A stretch of 64,000 nt of DNA from Candidatus Lindowbacteria bacterium RIFCSPLOWO2_12_FULL_62_27 (GCA_001784175.1 MFPR01000028.1:37955-101954); one strand, 5' to 3'; positions 37,389-46,524 are shown, counted from the stretch's first letter. Notes: generated by a model not told the origin, from the sequence alone. Translations and numbers: made by a program.

Positions 37389-37495
37389 ATCGAGAATGAA
37401 ATCAAGGACGGAGGGTTGCAGTCAATAGCCGTTTCTACTTGCCCGCGTTTCTACTTGCCTGAAGGCGATCGCCCGGAACGCCGTGAGCATTTCGC

Positions 37496-37548
37496 TTGAC
37501 AGGTATATCACATCGTGATAGTTCTCGAGCAATATACCAGGAAGGGAG
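37496..37548 (+). promoter_or_regulatory. Promoter/operator and RBS of the DIP1984-like gene
   Basis: TTGACA 37496-37501, palindrome TATCAC-ATC-GTGATA 37506-37520, GAAGGGAG RBS. Confidence 0.6.
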
Positions 37549-37551
37549 AAA

Positions 37552-38094
37552 ATGCAAATGCCTGACGACGAGAAGCGGCTCTATCTTTATGAAGCCCTGG
37601 AACTGCGGGGCGAATATGACGCGCGGATCAAGACGCTGAAAGAGAGTCTGCCGGAGACGAAGTCTAACCGGGACCGGGGGCTGTTTGGCCGGGATGAGGA
37701 GAGCCTACGGCGGCCGAGCGCCGGGTTTGATGCAGTCGGAGCCCGGGCGGAGCTGCGGGCGCTGGAGTTCAAGCGCCGGAAGCTCAACAGCGCGATTCAG
37801 AAGGCCAACTTTGAGCATCAGATTTCTCTGGACGGCGAAGCGGCGAATCTCAACGAGGCGCTTGAGAGCCGAAAGTCTCTGAACGAACGGATCGGCGAAC
37901 TCCACTCGCAGGTCGTGGCGTCCGCTTATGAGCGGGTGATCTACAAGGAAGGGCGGGACATCGTCGAAAAGAGCGAAGTGCCGTACCCCGACGCGACCAG
38001 GACGCTCGACGAGGCTCGGGTCCGCTTTCGGAATCTGAACCGGCATCTTCGGAGATCGTCGTTCGAGGTGACGGTCGACTTTAAAGATGAATAG
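37552..38094 (+). CDS. DIP1984-like alpha-helical (coiled-coil) protein
   Basis: LYEALELR near the N-terminus, KLNSAIQKANF, NLNEALESRK, terminal SSFEVTV; internal two-fold repeat that I associate with this family. Confidence 0.65.
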   Translation: MQMPDDEKRLYLYEALELRGEYDARIKTLKESLPETKSNRDRGLFGRDEESLRRPSAGFDAVGARAELRALEFKRRKLNSAIQKANFEHQISLDGEAANLNEALESRKSLNERIGELHSQVVASAYERVIYKEGRDIVEKSEVPYPDATRTLDEARVRFRNLNRHLRRSSFEVTVDFKDE

Positions 38095-38345
38095 CGCCGG
38101 AGGCAGGGGGGCATGCGCGAATGTTCTGGCGACGGGACATAGCCCAGGTGGCGACTGTGAGAGCCTAACTCCTTGGGGTGACGACCAAATCGTCCGGAAA
38201 AGCCGTTTCCAGAGGAAGCGACAAATCCACGCATCAGCACAAGCGCCTCATCCTCAAAGCTCATGGGCCCCGCGCCTCCGGTTTTGTAAATGACAGTGCG
38301 CAACCCGACCACCCGCACTTTTCTGTGCATCTATTTTCCGGAGCG
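38095..38345 (+). ncRNA. Putative structured ncRNA downstream of the DIP1984-like gene
   Basis: 5' and 3' ends pair; at least five internal hairpins including a GCGA tetraloop; central A/C-rich unpaired tract. Confidence 0.55.
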
Positions 38346-38730
38346 GACGGACCGGGGAGTTGAGACAAAAAACGTTTGTGTCGCATTTAACGGGACGACA
38401 GAGCGAGCGTTATATCGCGCGGTCGAGAGGTTGGGTTCAACGGAAATTAAGAAACGAATAGCGATTTTTTCGTATGACCATCTGGTCAAGGTCGCGGAGA
38501 GGGAGGACCGGGGGATCACGGAAGTCATCAAGATGCGGCTCGGCGATTCGGTCCTGCGGCGCGGCGGGCGGGTCCGGCGGACGGTGACTGTGAAGCGGGA
38601 CGATGTTGCACGGTGGCGGCGGGCGTTGATGAGGGAGGCCGGAATCGGGCGACGCGTCTTTCAAGAGATATTGGCATTTTTGGACGACCTCGATGGCGGG
38701 GAGAAACGCGCGAGCGGCGTGGCCGCTTGA
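38290..38730 (+). CDS. Hypothetical protein, start uncertain (probably near 38359)
   Basis: Open frame with protein-like composition; GGGGAG at 38354 but no canonical in-frame start beside it. Confidence 0.4.
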   Translation: MTVRNPTTRTFLCIYFPERTDRGVETKNVCVAFNGTTERALYRAVERLGSTEIKKRIAIFSYDHLVKVAEREDRGITEVIKMRLGDSVLRRGGRVRRTVTVKRDDVARWRRALMREAGIGRRVFQEILAFLDDLDGGEKRASGVAA

Positions 38731-38872
38731 ATTTGATTTCGCGCCGATGCGGCGGTACAGTTCCCATATGTGGAATGACTCTGAAAGAAAAGAGCGTGGC
38801 TGAATCATGAAACGACTCGCGAGGTTCCGGAAGGAGGGACGCGCTATGCCGTTTTTCTAACGGGAAAACTCC

Positions 38873-40390
38873 ATGAAGGGTGAGGTGAAGGGAATGTTTT
38901 CGGTCAAGTTGAATATTTATGGTTTTTTTGTGCGAGCGGCCGGCGCCGGATCCGTTGTGGGCGCTGTCGCCGTTGCGAGTTTGCTGGCATGTGAACGCAC
39001 CTACATCCTTGTCGCGATCGCCGGGGTTTGGGCCGTCCTCTGTGTTACCGCTCTGATCTATGCCGTCTATCGGATTGATTTTCGACTTGCCTTGTATCTG
39101 TGGCCGCAATCGCAGTCCATTGAAGTTTTTGCACACGAATTCCCGAACAACCGTCTGGTCGATCTGCATTTTGCGGCGCGGGATTATTGCGCGGCGGAGG
39201 GGTTTGATGTCTCCCTGAATAGTTCCCATCAATCGGAACTGCGCAGTCTCATCGCCCTGCGGGTTTCCTGGTGGGACCGGAGAATTCATCGGGCGAAATG
39301 CATCCCGCGGGCGATCGACGAGGCGCAAGAGGTCTATGTTCCCGTGGACGAGTTTTGGATCAGGACGCCTTGGAACGCGCCAGGACACAACGCGGCGATC
39401 GTCCGGGTCTGGTATGACAAACGGGAAGAGGAGACCTGGCTTGAGATCGCGGCCGCGGACAAGGAGTCGGCGAGTGCGATTCATCGGGCCATCCGCGAGC
39501 GGGCTGACCAAAACAGCATCTACAAAAATAAGGTGATCGAGGCCGTCGTGATGGAGCGGGATCGGGACCCATTCGACCTTGTGGAGTGTCCGGACCGGAT
39601 GATCCTCCGGTTCAAGAAACTGCCGAAGGTTTCGGAAGGCGACATCATCATCGAGCCGCATATCCGGCAGATCATCCGGCGGAACCTTTTTGATTTTCAC
39701 AGGCACAAGGATGCGATCAAGGCGCGTGGAATTCCCTTGAAGAAAGGGCTGCTGTTCTACGGCCCGCCAGGCACCGGCAAGACCTACACGTGCCGCTACA
39801 TTTACAGCGAGCTGGCCGACATCACGACCCTCATTATCACCGGCCATGCGCTCAAGGAAATCAAATCCGTATGCCGGCTGGCCCGAACCCTTCAGCCGAG
39901 CCTCGTTGTCCTCGAAGACGTGGACTTGGTCTTTTCATCCCGCGCGGACAATTTTTACAGCACGTCGCTCGGCGATCTCATGGACCAGCTCGACGGCTTC
40001 AACGCGGATGACGCGGTGATTTTCATCCTGACGACGAACGACATCGTGCGTCTTGAGTCGGCGATCAAAGACCGGCCGGGCCGGATCAATCAGTGCATCT
40101 TTTTCGGCACCCCGAGCCCCGACGTCCGCCGCCGGTATTTTTTGCAGTCTATGTCCGCGCACGATCACGCGGCGCTCGATCTGGACAAGTGGATTGCGAA
40201 CACGGAAGGATGTTCCCACGCCTTTATCAAGGAGCTCATCTTCCGCGCCGTACAGGTCTCTATGGAGGAAACCGGCTACACGGCCGGAGTCCTGCATCTG
40301 AAGGACGCGGATTTTCAGAAGGCGCTTGACGAATTGACGTCGTTTGACGACCGGAAGGGCCACGCGATTCTGGGGTTCCGGGCTTGTTAG
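38873..40390 (+). CDS. AAA+ ATPase with N-terminal TM hairpin
   Basis: GPPGTGKT, VLEDVD, LTTN, DRPGRI; two hydrophobic segments at the N-terminus. Confidence 0.88.
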   Translation: MKGEVKGMFSVKLNIYGFFVRAAGAGSVVGAVAVASLLACERTYILVAIAGVWAVLCVTALIYAVYRIDFRLALYLWPQSQSIEVFAHEFPNNRLVDLHFAARDYCAAEGFDVSLNSSHQSELRSLIALRVSWWDRRIHRAKCIPRAIDEAQEVYVPVDEFWIRTPWNAPGHNAAIVRVWYDKREEETWLEIAAADKESASAIHRAIRERADQNSIYKNKVIEAVVMERDRDPFDLVECPDRMILRFKKLPKVSEGDIIIEPHIRQIIRRNLFDFHRHKDAIKARGIPLKKGLLFYGPPGTGKTYTCRYIYSELADITTLIITGHALKEIKSVCRLARTLQPSLVVLEDVDLVFSSRADNFYSTSLGDLMDQLDGFNADDAVIFILTTNDIVRLESAIKDRPGRINQCIFFGTPSPDVRRRYFLQSMSAHDHAALDLDKWIANTEGCSHAFIKELIFRAVQVSMEETGYTAGVLHLKDADFQKALDELTSFDDRKGHAILGFRAC

Positions 40391-40399
40391 AGGAAAAAT

Positions 40400-40445
40400 T
40401 CGGGGCGGCGTGATTTGAACACGCGGCCTCCTGCTCCCAAAGCAG
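40400..40445 (-). repeat. att site: 46-bp duplication of the tRNA-Pro 3' half
   Basis: TCGGGGCGGCGTGATTTGAACACGCGGCCTCCTGCTCCCAAAGCAG identical to 61047-61092. Confidence 0.96.
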
Positions 40446-40506
40446 ATTGAGAACTTGCGTAATCTGCCTGACTGTCAATGGGATTACAACTTCGGGTAGA
40501 TGCCTG

Positions 40507-40528
40507 TTCTAAGCGTGTTCTAAGCCGA
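40507..40528 (+). repeat. Probable integrase arm-type site
   Basis: TTCTAAGCGTGTTCTAAGCCGA, identical to 60957-60978; each copy lies 60-70 bp inside an att core. Confidence 0.75.
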
Positions 40529-40571
40529 TTCGGCGAAATTTGGAAATTCTCGGCCATGTTGGATGTTTGAG

Positions 40572-41144
40572 TCATTTTCGTTTCTCCCCCAGAACCGGCA
40601 GCGTCGGCTCGATCTTCCTGGCCTCCGCTTCGCCGAACAGCCGCGCATAGGCCGCAAGAAAGTTCAGCCGAAACGTCCGTTTGTCGCCGATGGCGTGACT
40701 CATTTCGTTCGTGTAGAGCCCGATCAGTTTCTCGGCCGACAGCGGTGATGCCTCGTGAATGGCCTCGACACCCTCCAGGTCGCGGCCGATCCCCCGTAGG
40801 GTCTTCATCATCGCAAGATCATGTTTCTCCGGGACCATGACCTCAAGATGTTTTGCGCCGGGGATGGGGACGGCCTGTAACCGGTCCTCGTAGTTGTAGG
40901 GCGTATCCGCCACAGTCACAGGACTCACGATGACTTTCGATCCTGTCTCTTGATTCACCTTGTCACAGGCGACGAAAAAATCGCGGTCGGTTTCGATGGT
41001 ATCGATGTCGACAGTTCCGTATCGTGGCGAGTACACCAGCGCGATCGCGCTGCCGCCGATGATCAGCGCCTTGGTTCGCTTGGCCAATTTTCTGTCCACG
41101 CGCTGAAGAAATTCAATCAGCCCCTTGCGCTCAAGCGGGTTCAT
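40572..41144 (-). CDS. DUF6036-like nucleotidyltransferase (AbiEii-like toxin)
   Basis: IIGGSAIAL...TVDID, DLAMMK..RG..RDL. ATG 41144. Confidence 0.75.
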   Translation of the reverse strand: MNPLERKGLIEFLQRVDRKLAKRTKALIIGGSAIALVYSPRYGTVDIDTIETDRDFFVACDKVNQETGSKVIVSPVTVADTPYNYEDRLQAVPIPGAKHLEVMVPEKHDLAMMKTLRGIGRDLEGVEAIHEASPLSAEKLIGLYTNEMSHAIGDKRTFRLNFLAAYARLFGEAEARKIEPTLPVLGEKRK

Positions 41145-41896
41145 GAAAATTTCACCAGAAGATCCTTGAAGTCTGATTCCGGCACGTTCATGTAAAATCC
41201 CCACCGCCGGGCAAGCGGAGGCGTATGCCGGCGAGCCAGTTCTTCCTCGTAGCGGTTTTTCGGCATAAAAAAGTATTGGCTCCGATGGCGCCGGCCATCC
41301 CGAAAATCCGCGGCCCACTCCCGCAACCGCCTGGCCTCCGTGACCCTGCCGGTCAGATCGAGCAGATAGCCCATGGCCTGCTCGACATCGAGCCGATTGC
41401 ATTCCTGCCAAAGCTTCTCTCGATCCAGTTTTTCGTGAAGCCGAAACAACATGAGCGGCAGGACACGGAATACCGTCCCATCCTGACGGGCCTGCCTTGC
41501 CGCCACCGCCAGTGCGCGTTCGAGCGGCAGCCGACGTCCGACCTTGGCTCGCCGAAGAGGCGCGCCGTGCTCCATGAGCGTGGAAAGAGCCGCGTCGACA
41601 TTCTCTTCGGCGCCGCCCCCGGTCTCAAATGATTGTGTCAGGAGCTCGCGTAAAACTCTGCACAACCGGTTGGTGGAATGCCATCCGTAGACCGCCGCTG
41701 CCCCGCGCCGCTGCTTGTGCACCAAGCCCGTCCGGACGAACTTGTCCAGCTCCCGGGCCACGGGATGGTAGGAGCGCCCCACCCGCCGGGAAAACCCCAG
41801 CGCGCTGTCTCTTGTCTCGTTCACCATCAGTTCCTGCAACAAGGCCACTCGTGTCTCGCTTCCAAAGAGTCCTTTGAGAACATTCGTATTATCCAT
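41141..41896 (-). CDS. wHTH-containing partner, putative type IV antitoxin
   Basis: LFGSETRVALL...VARELDKFVRTGLV wHTH; overlaps the NTase start (ATGA). Confidence 0.6.
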   Translation of the reverse strand: MDNTNVLKGLFGSETRVALLQELMVNETRDSALGFSRRVGRSYHPVARELDKFVRTGLVHKQRRGAAAVYGWHSTNRLCRVLRELLTQSFETGGGAEENVDAALSTLMEHGAPLRRAKVGRRLPLERALAVAARQARQDGTVFRVLPLMLFRLHEKLDREKLWQECNRLDVEQAMGYLLDLTGRVTEARRLREWAADFRDGRRHRSQYFFMPKNRYEEELARRHTPPLARRWGFYMNVPESDFKDLLVKFS

Positions 41897-41936
41897 TTAA
41901 TGAATAATACAACGATACGCCCGAACAAGTCAAATC

Positions 41937-43160
41937 TCAAGCCGCCTTGCGAGCACCCCTCCAAGTACGCATTTTCTCCCCAATGGACTGAATTTGCTCC
42001 TTGGTGGACGGTTTAGTGTAGTACCTGGCAATCGTCTCAGGCGTGTTGCCGGAATGTGTGGCAATCTCACGGTCTTTGACACTTGCCGATTGTAGTTCGC
42101 CGATCATGTTGTGTCTGGCGGAGAAGGGCGCGACATATTTCACCCCCGCCTTCTTCAAAACCCGGTTCCACGTCTGGCGCATGTTGCTCCGTTCTTTGGC
42201 TCGCAAAAGAAATGTTCCTTTCGCCGGTTGGCCATGTTCATCGATAAACCCACGCTCTCGACTGAATTGAAACCCGATGTGCTTGGCATATACCTCCAGC
42301 AACTCATATACCTCGTCCGGCAAATACGAGTTCGAAGGTGTGCCGGCTTCTTTGAAGAATTTGCTCTTGTGGACTTCAGGTCGAATGTAAAGCAATCCTT
42401 CGGACGGAGAAAAATCCTCGAAGCGGAGGCGGTTGAATACGGATGGCCGAAGCCCCATCCAGACATTCAGTCCGATCCAGATGGCGCGCGGATCCCGCCA
42501 CTGCTTTACAACGTCGCAGATACTGATTTTGTCCTCGTCGGAAATCGGCTGTCTCATGTTCGGAAATTTTCGTGGTTGCGGCCGCCGTCTGATCCTCGAA
42601 GCCAGGACTTCGTTGGACTTTGCTTCAAACACGGGATTGACGCGATACAATTCACGTGCGACAGCAAGTCCGTACAGTTTGTGAAGCAGCCGCAAGCACA
42701 TGACAAGCGTTCTCTCGCTCCTGCCGCTCTGGCGCATCCACCCCGCGAAATCCACTATGGATGTTCCAGAAACAAAATGCTTTCGGTTGCAAGTCCGTAG
42801 ATATTCGAAACAGAGGTTGAACAACGAGTAGTCCTTCCCGTCTGTGTACAGAACTGAGTATCGCGGCCGGTTCGTCTTTGACATGGATTTGCGTACATCA
42901 CCCGTTTTGATCAGCCCTTCAACCATTTTTTCGAATGTGGTTATAGGCGACCGGCGCGGTTCGACCTTGCCGTCGTTCTTCATGAGATTTGCTCGCTCAA
43001 TAACGCGGGCATCACGAGCGTCGGTAGGCTTGGGATAACCACTACGCCATACAGGTGTTCCCTTCCATTGAACACAATAAGCATACTTCTTGATCGAATC
43101 CTTCGGCGACTTCGCGTTCAAATACACGCCTTCGTACTTGGTCTTGATCCACTGGTTCAT
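41937..43160 (-). CDS. Divergent tyrosine integrase
   Basis: GLRPS (R), PFSARH, SGNT, ARYY (Y); N-terminus resembles an arm-binding domain; downstream of the xis-like gene. Confidence 0.75.
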   Translation of the reverse strand: MNQWIKTKYEGVYLNAKSPKDSIKKYAYCVQWKGTPVWRSGYPKPTDARDARVIERANLMKNDGKVEPRRSPITTFEKMVEGLIKTGDVRKSMSKTNRPRYSVLYTDGKDYSLFNLCFEYLRTCNRKHFVSGTSIVDFAGWMRQSGRSERTLVMCLRLLHKLYGLAVARELYRVNPVFEAKSNEVLASRIRRRPQPRKFPNMRQPISDEDKISICDVVKQWRDPRAIWIGLNVWMGLRPSVFNRLRFEDFSPSEGLLYIRPEVHKSKFFKEAGTPSNSYLPDEVYELLEVYAKHIGFQFSRERGFIDEHGQPAKGTFLLRAKERSNMRQTWNRVLKKAGVKYVAPFSARHNMIGELQSASVKDREIATHSGNTPETIARYYTKPSTKEQIQSIGEKMRTWRGARKAA

Positions 43161-43612
43161 CGGGAGAGGCCCTCCACTACGTTGTTGGCAGCCCACCGAT
43201 CGAGATCCTCCCGGCGAAACCGCTTGTGTTGATACCGGCCGTTGCCTTTCACAACGCCGGTCACCGGCACAAATGGAATCCGACCCTTGGCAACCAGTTT
43301 CCTGAATTGCGAAAGCGTCGGCCCCAAATATTTAGCGGCCGCCGGAGCATCCAGCAGGCACCCCTCCCCGTGGGAAACCGAGTCTGCCTTAGGGCCGCCC
43401 GCCCGCGTCAAGGTATCGCTCTGACGCTGATACCATCCGAAATTTGACAGTGTCGTAATAATTTGCTGGAAGGGCGTAGAATCAATTTCATCCTGGTTGA
43501 TCACTTCATAATCGAGAAATAGCGTTTCCAGATCCGCTTTGAAAAAAATCCTATCGCGTGGCGCCATTTGCTCATATCCGAAAAGTTCTTCAATTTCCTT
43601 TCGAGTTTTCAT
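43157..43612 (-). CDS. Excisionase-like HTH protein
   Basis: LLDAPAAAKYLG..SQFRKLVAKGRIP...RFRREDLDRW. Confidence 0.75.
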   Translation of the reverse strand: MKTRKEIEELFGYEQMAPRDRIFFKADLETLFLDYEVINQDEIDSTPFQQIITTLSNFGWYQRQSDTLTRAGGPKADSVSHGEGCLLDAPAAAKYLGPTLSQFRKLVAKGRIPFVPVTGVVKGNGRYQHKRFRREDLDRWAANNVVEGLSR

Positions 43613-43705
43613 TGCCGAAACATCCCCTCTCTATCGTTGGTTTCAATATCTATCAAAACTTTCCCTTGCTGAAAGTTTTTTTTGTTTTGACAGCCCACAC
43701 GCAAG

Positions 43706-43723
43706 TTATCCACAATATCCACA
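43706..43723 (+). promoter_or_regulatory. Tandem DnaA-box-like 9-mers
   Basis: TTATCCACA immediately followed by ATATCCACA. Confidence 0.5.
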
Positions 43724-43809
43724 ACTCCCTCTTGGACCACCCCAGTCAGTTGGTTTGCATAGGTCGGTCAGACCGCTCCCTGATGGGACCGCCATGGAGT
43801 GGCGGTCCA

Positions 43810-44274
43810 TCAGGGACTTCTTGGACGCGAAGGCAGCACCGGTGATTTGGCCACGATAGAAGGATTAGGGCATTGCCCGGCCGATGCTTGGGCATTGCTT
43901 GAAGCATCGCCCGTAGCATTCTTCGCCCATTTTTTCCAACGTTCTTTGGCTGCGTGCTTTGCGCGTTTGTGAAATGCGGCCAGATGTCCGGAATGTTCGA
44001 GCCAGGCATGGATTCTGTACCCATTTTCTATTTTATCCAAAAAGCCAACTGTCAACATTGCTTCGACCATTTTACCCGCTTCGCCCCACCAGCCAACTGC
44101 CGCCTCTATCTCTTCTGGTGAATGGTCGGCCAATTTGCCATTCCGTGAATGGTGATTGCCCGTATAGCACCATAGCCGGATCGGTAGAATATCGGCGTTT
44201 TTCCCAAGCAACCCTACGAGTCGCATCGTCTTTCGATGTGAAAAGAAATTCAGGTCAAGATTGAAGTAGGCCAT
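43810..44274 (-). CDS. Phage-type replication initiator N-terminal domain, probably truncated
   Basis: YFNLDLNFFSHRKT..L...IRLWC...YRIHAWLEH...AAKERWKK. Confidence 0.55.
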   Translation of the reverse strand: MAYFNLDLNFFSHRKTMRLVGLLGKNADILPIRLWCYTGNHHSRNGKLADHSPEEIEAAVGWWGEAGKMVEAMLTVGFLDKIENGYRIHAWLEHSGHLAAFHKRAKHAAKERWKKWAKNATGDASSNAQASAGQCPNPSIVAKSPVLPSRPRSP

Positions 44275-44354
44275 TGCCGGCGACTCCTGCGTTTGTTGAA
44301 TCAGATCCCGACCCTGTGGTGTTGTGACGCATATTCCCCCACCTCCTTATAGTG

Positions 44355-44398
44355 AAAAAAAAAACGCCGCGATGTGTCCCGGCAAGGACTCGCGGCGT
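44355..44398 (-). terminator. Intrinsic terminator upstream of the rep-like gene
   Basis: Minus strand ACGCCGCGA...TCGCGGCG followed by a run of 10 T. Confidence 0.7.
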
Positions 44399-44662
44399 GG
44401 TAAACACCTAGGCCAAATGATTCATCTGCCGGGACACTGTCTGAAATATAAGCAATCGGGTCATCCGATGTCGAAAGTGATCCTTGTCCCAGATCCTTTT
44501 CGGCAACGGCCACTACAAATCTATAGTCATCAATCTGCCGACTATAGTAAACAACCTTGATATATTTGTCAAGATGAATTGGTAAATATTTCGCTTGCTA
44601 TCAGTCTGCGACCGCGGTATTATACTTTTACTCAAAACAGATTGTCGTGGAGGATAAAATCA

Positions 44663-45067
44663 ATGCGTTCTAAATCCAAACGGACGGCGATAGGGGATGC
44701 GGTGGCCGAGATCGAGGCAAAGGGTAGAAAATTTCAAACGTTTGGAGAATATCTCAAATATTTAAGAAAAGAGGCGAGACTAAGTCTTCGAGAAGTTGAG
44801 GCAAAGTCCGAGGTTTCCAATGCATACATCTCTTTGCTGGAACGGAATAAACGTGGTCGTCCGACTGTGGACGTGTTGAAAAACATTGCAAACGCTTACT
44901 CCGTGCCAGTAAGTGAAATGTTGATAATGGCCGGCACCAAGATGCCCACTGCGTATGAAAGGGCTGAAATGTCGCCGGACGAAGACTTTCTACTTGGCCG
45001 GTTTAGACGTTTATCGCCGGAAAAAAAATTGGCGCTAAAAGAATTTATTTGTTTTCTGGCTCGATGA
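44663..45067 (+). CDS. XRE-family HTH repressor
   Basis: LRKEARLSLREVEAKSEVSNAYISLLER; divergent from rep/xis/int; upstream palindrome CTATAGTC...GACTATAG 44521-44547. Confidence 0.88.
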   Translation: MRSKSKRTAIGDAVAEIEAKGRKFQTFGEYLKYLRKEARLSLREVEAKSEVSNAYISLLERNKRGRPTVDVLKNIANAYSVPVSEMLIMAGTKMPTAYERAEMSPDEDFLLGRFRRLSPEKKLALKEFICFLAR

Positions 45068-45181
45068 AGCGATTCCGATTAACCATCGGTTCACGGATAG
45101 AACGGGAAATTCCTTTTTCAAGAGCGTGTCAAACCATCGGATTCTGCGGTGCATGTCTTCGATCCATTCCTGACAGAATTA

Positions 45182-45901
45182 TTATCGGCCATTCTTTGAC
45201 CTCTTAATAAAATTCTCAATCGTTATGGGGCGGGCGCCGATGGATTGCAAATATTTATTTTCCGAGGATTCTAATGTCAGCACGGATTTGCCGAGGGAAA
45301 TCAAGGTGCGGCACAGTTTTTCAGTCAGGCCGCCGGGGGCCGCGTGGGCTACGAAGACTTCGTGGGCCAGGGCGGCGATGAAGAGGTTGCGTTTTTCGGC
45401 TAGGTCGGAGGTGACGCGGCGGTGTTTGGCGGGGAAGGGAGAGACGATCAGGATGCGGCCGGAGTCCAGGCCGGGCTTCAGATGTTTGGGCGGGGGCATG
45501 CCCTCGATGCCCCGCGCGGGACAGAGGATGATGGGCTGTGAGCCGCGCAGGAGAAGATCGAGACATTCCTTCTCCATGGGCGTGTGAAAGCCGCCGATGA
45601 TCGGGATGCCGGCGTCCCGGGCGGCTCGGACGAGGTCGTACAGTTTCAGAATCAGGTCGCCGGGACAGCGGATGGAACAAAAGAGGGCCATGGGGCGGGA
45701 TTTCAAAAGCTCCGCATTGCCGATCAGGGTGATGTCCGGTGGGCGCTTGCCGAAAAATTGCCGGACGGCCGCGGGATAGCCGGTGCTGTCGGACAATAAC
45801 ACGGACGGCGCCGCCAGGACTGGGTCGGGTGACTTCATCGCGCCTGACTTCCTGTCCACTTTGTCCCCTTTATGTCCCCTTTGCGCGGCTGGAGCTTTCA
45901 T
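45182..45901 (-). CDS. DprA-like SLOG domain protein
   Basis: ALFCSIRCPG, GGFHTPMEKECL, AEKRNLFIAALA, AAPGG. Confidence 0.8.
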   Translation of the reverse strand: MKAPAAQRGHKGDKVDRKSGAMKSPDPVLAAPSVLLSDSTGYPAAVRQFFGKRPPDITLIGNAELLKSRPMALFCSIRCPGDLILKLYDLVRAARDAGIPIIGGFHTPMEKECLDLLLRGSQPIILCPARGIEGMPPPKHLKPGLDSGRILIVSPFPAKHRRVTSDLAEKRNLFIAALAHEVFVAHAAPGGLTEKLCRTLISLGKSVLTLESSENKYLQSIGARPITIENFIKRSKNGR

Positions 45902-46524
45902 GGCAGTTTTCTATAATCCCGACGATCGATGCAGGAATCATATAATTCCCGATCGATTTTGAGCCAGTCCGTTTTGTTGATCCCCCTCGTGTTTCTTGTT
46001 CGGTCGCTGACGGGGAAAGCCGACGCCAATTTGATCCAGCGGCCATGCGCCCGGGATATGTCGCGAACTTCATCCACAACTTCGGACAGATCCTGATCCT
46101 GGCTCAAGAGGACGGCGACATCATAAACGTTATCGATGGCGAGGCGCAGGACATCGAGGGCGATTCGAACGTCGATGCCCTTTTCCCGGCCGATCCGAAC
46201 CTTCGTTTCACGGCCATCCGGCAACCGGACCGGTTCGTGCCTGTACTTGAGCGTGCGCCGGAAGGTGTGGACTCCGATTCGTCCCATGTGATCCAGTTTG
46301 GCGTTCCAGAATTGCCGCCACATGGGATTGTCCGTCTCGTCCGGAATGCCGGTGTAAAATCGGGTTTGGGTCAGGGACCAGGACTTGTCAAGACAAATCC
46401 GTTGGGCCAGCTTGAGCGGGTCGTAGTTCGGATAGGTAAACCCGAAGGCTTCTTTGGCGGCGAAATATAGATTCTGTCCGTCAATAAAAACTACGGCCCG
46501 CTTCGTGGCAGGTTCAGTCAGCAT
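45898..46524 (-). CDS. NYN-domain (PIN-like) ribonuclease
   Basis: VFIDGQNL, EKGIDVRIALD, LSQDQDL. Confidence 0.9.
   Translation of the reverse strand: MLTEPATKRAVVFIDGQNLYFAAKEAFGFTYPNYDPLKLAQRICLDKSWSLTQTRFYTGIPDETDNPMWRQFWNAKLDHMGRIGVHTFRRTLKYRHEPVRLPDGRETKVRIGREKGIDVRIALDVLRLAIDNVYDVAVLLSQDQDLSEVVDEVRDISRAHGRWIKLASAFPVSDRTRNTRGINKTDWLKIDRELYDSCIDRRDYRKLP

Noticed and set aside
36743-37405. Novel 220-aa MazG fusion protein
   Set aside because: The tail is out-of-frame yhcG sequence, best explained by a deletion.
40400-40445. Second tRNA-Pro gene
   Set aside because: Only the 3' 46 nt are present; the D-arm and 5' acceptor strand are missing, so it is an att duplication.
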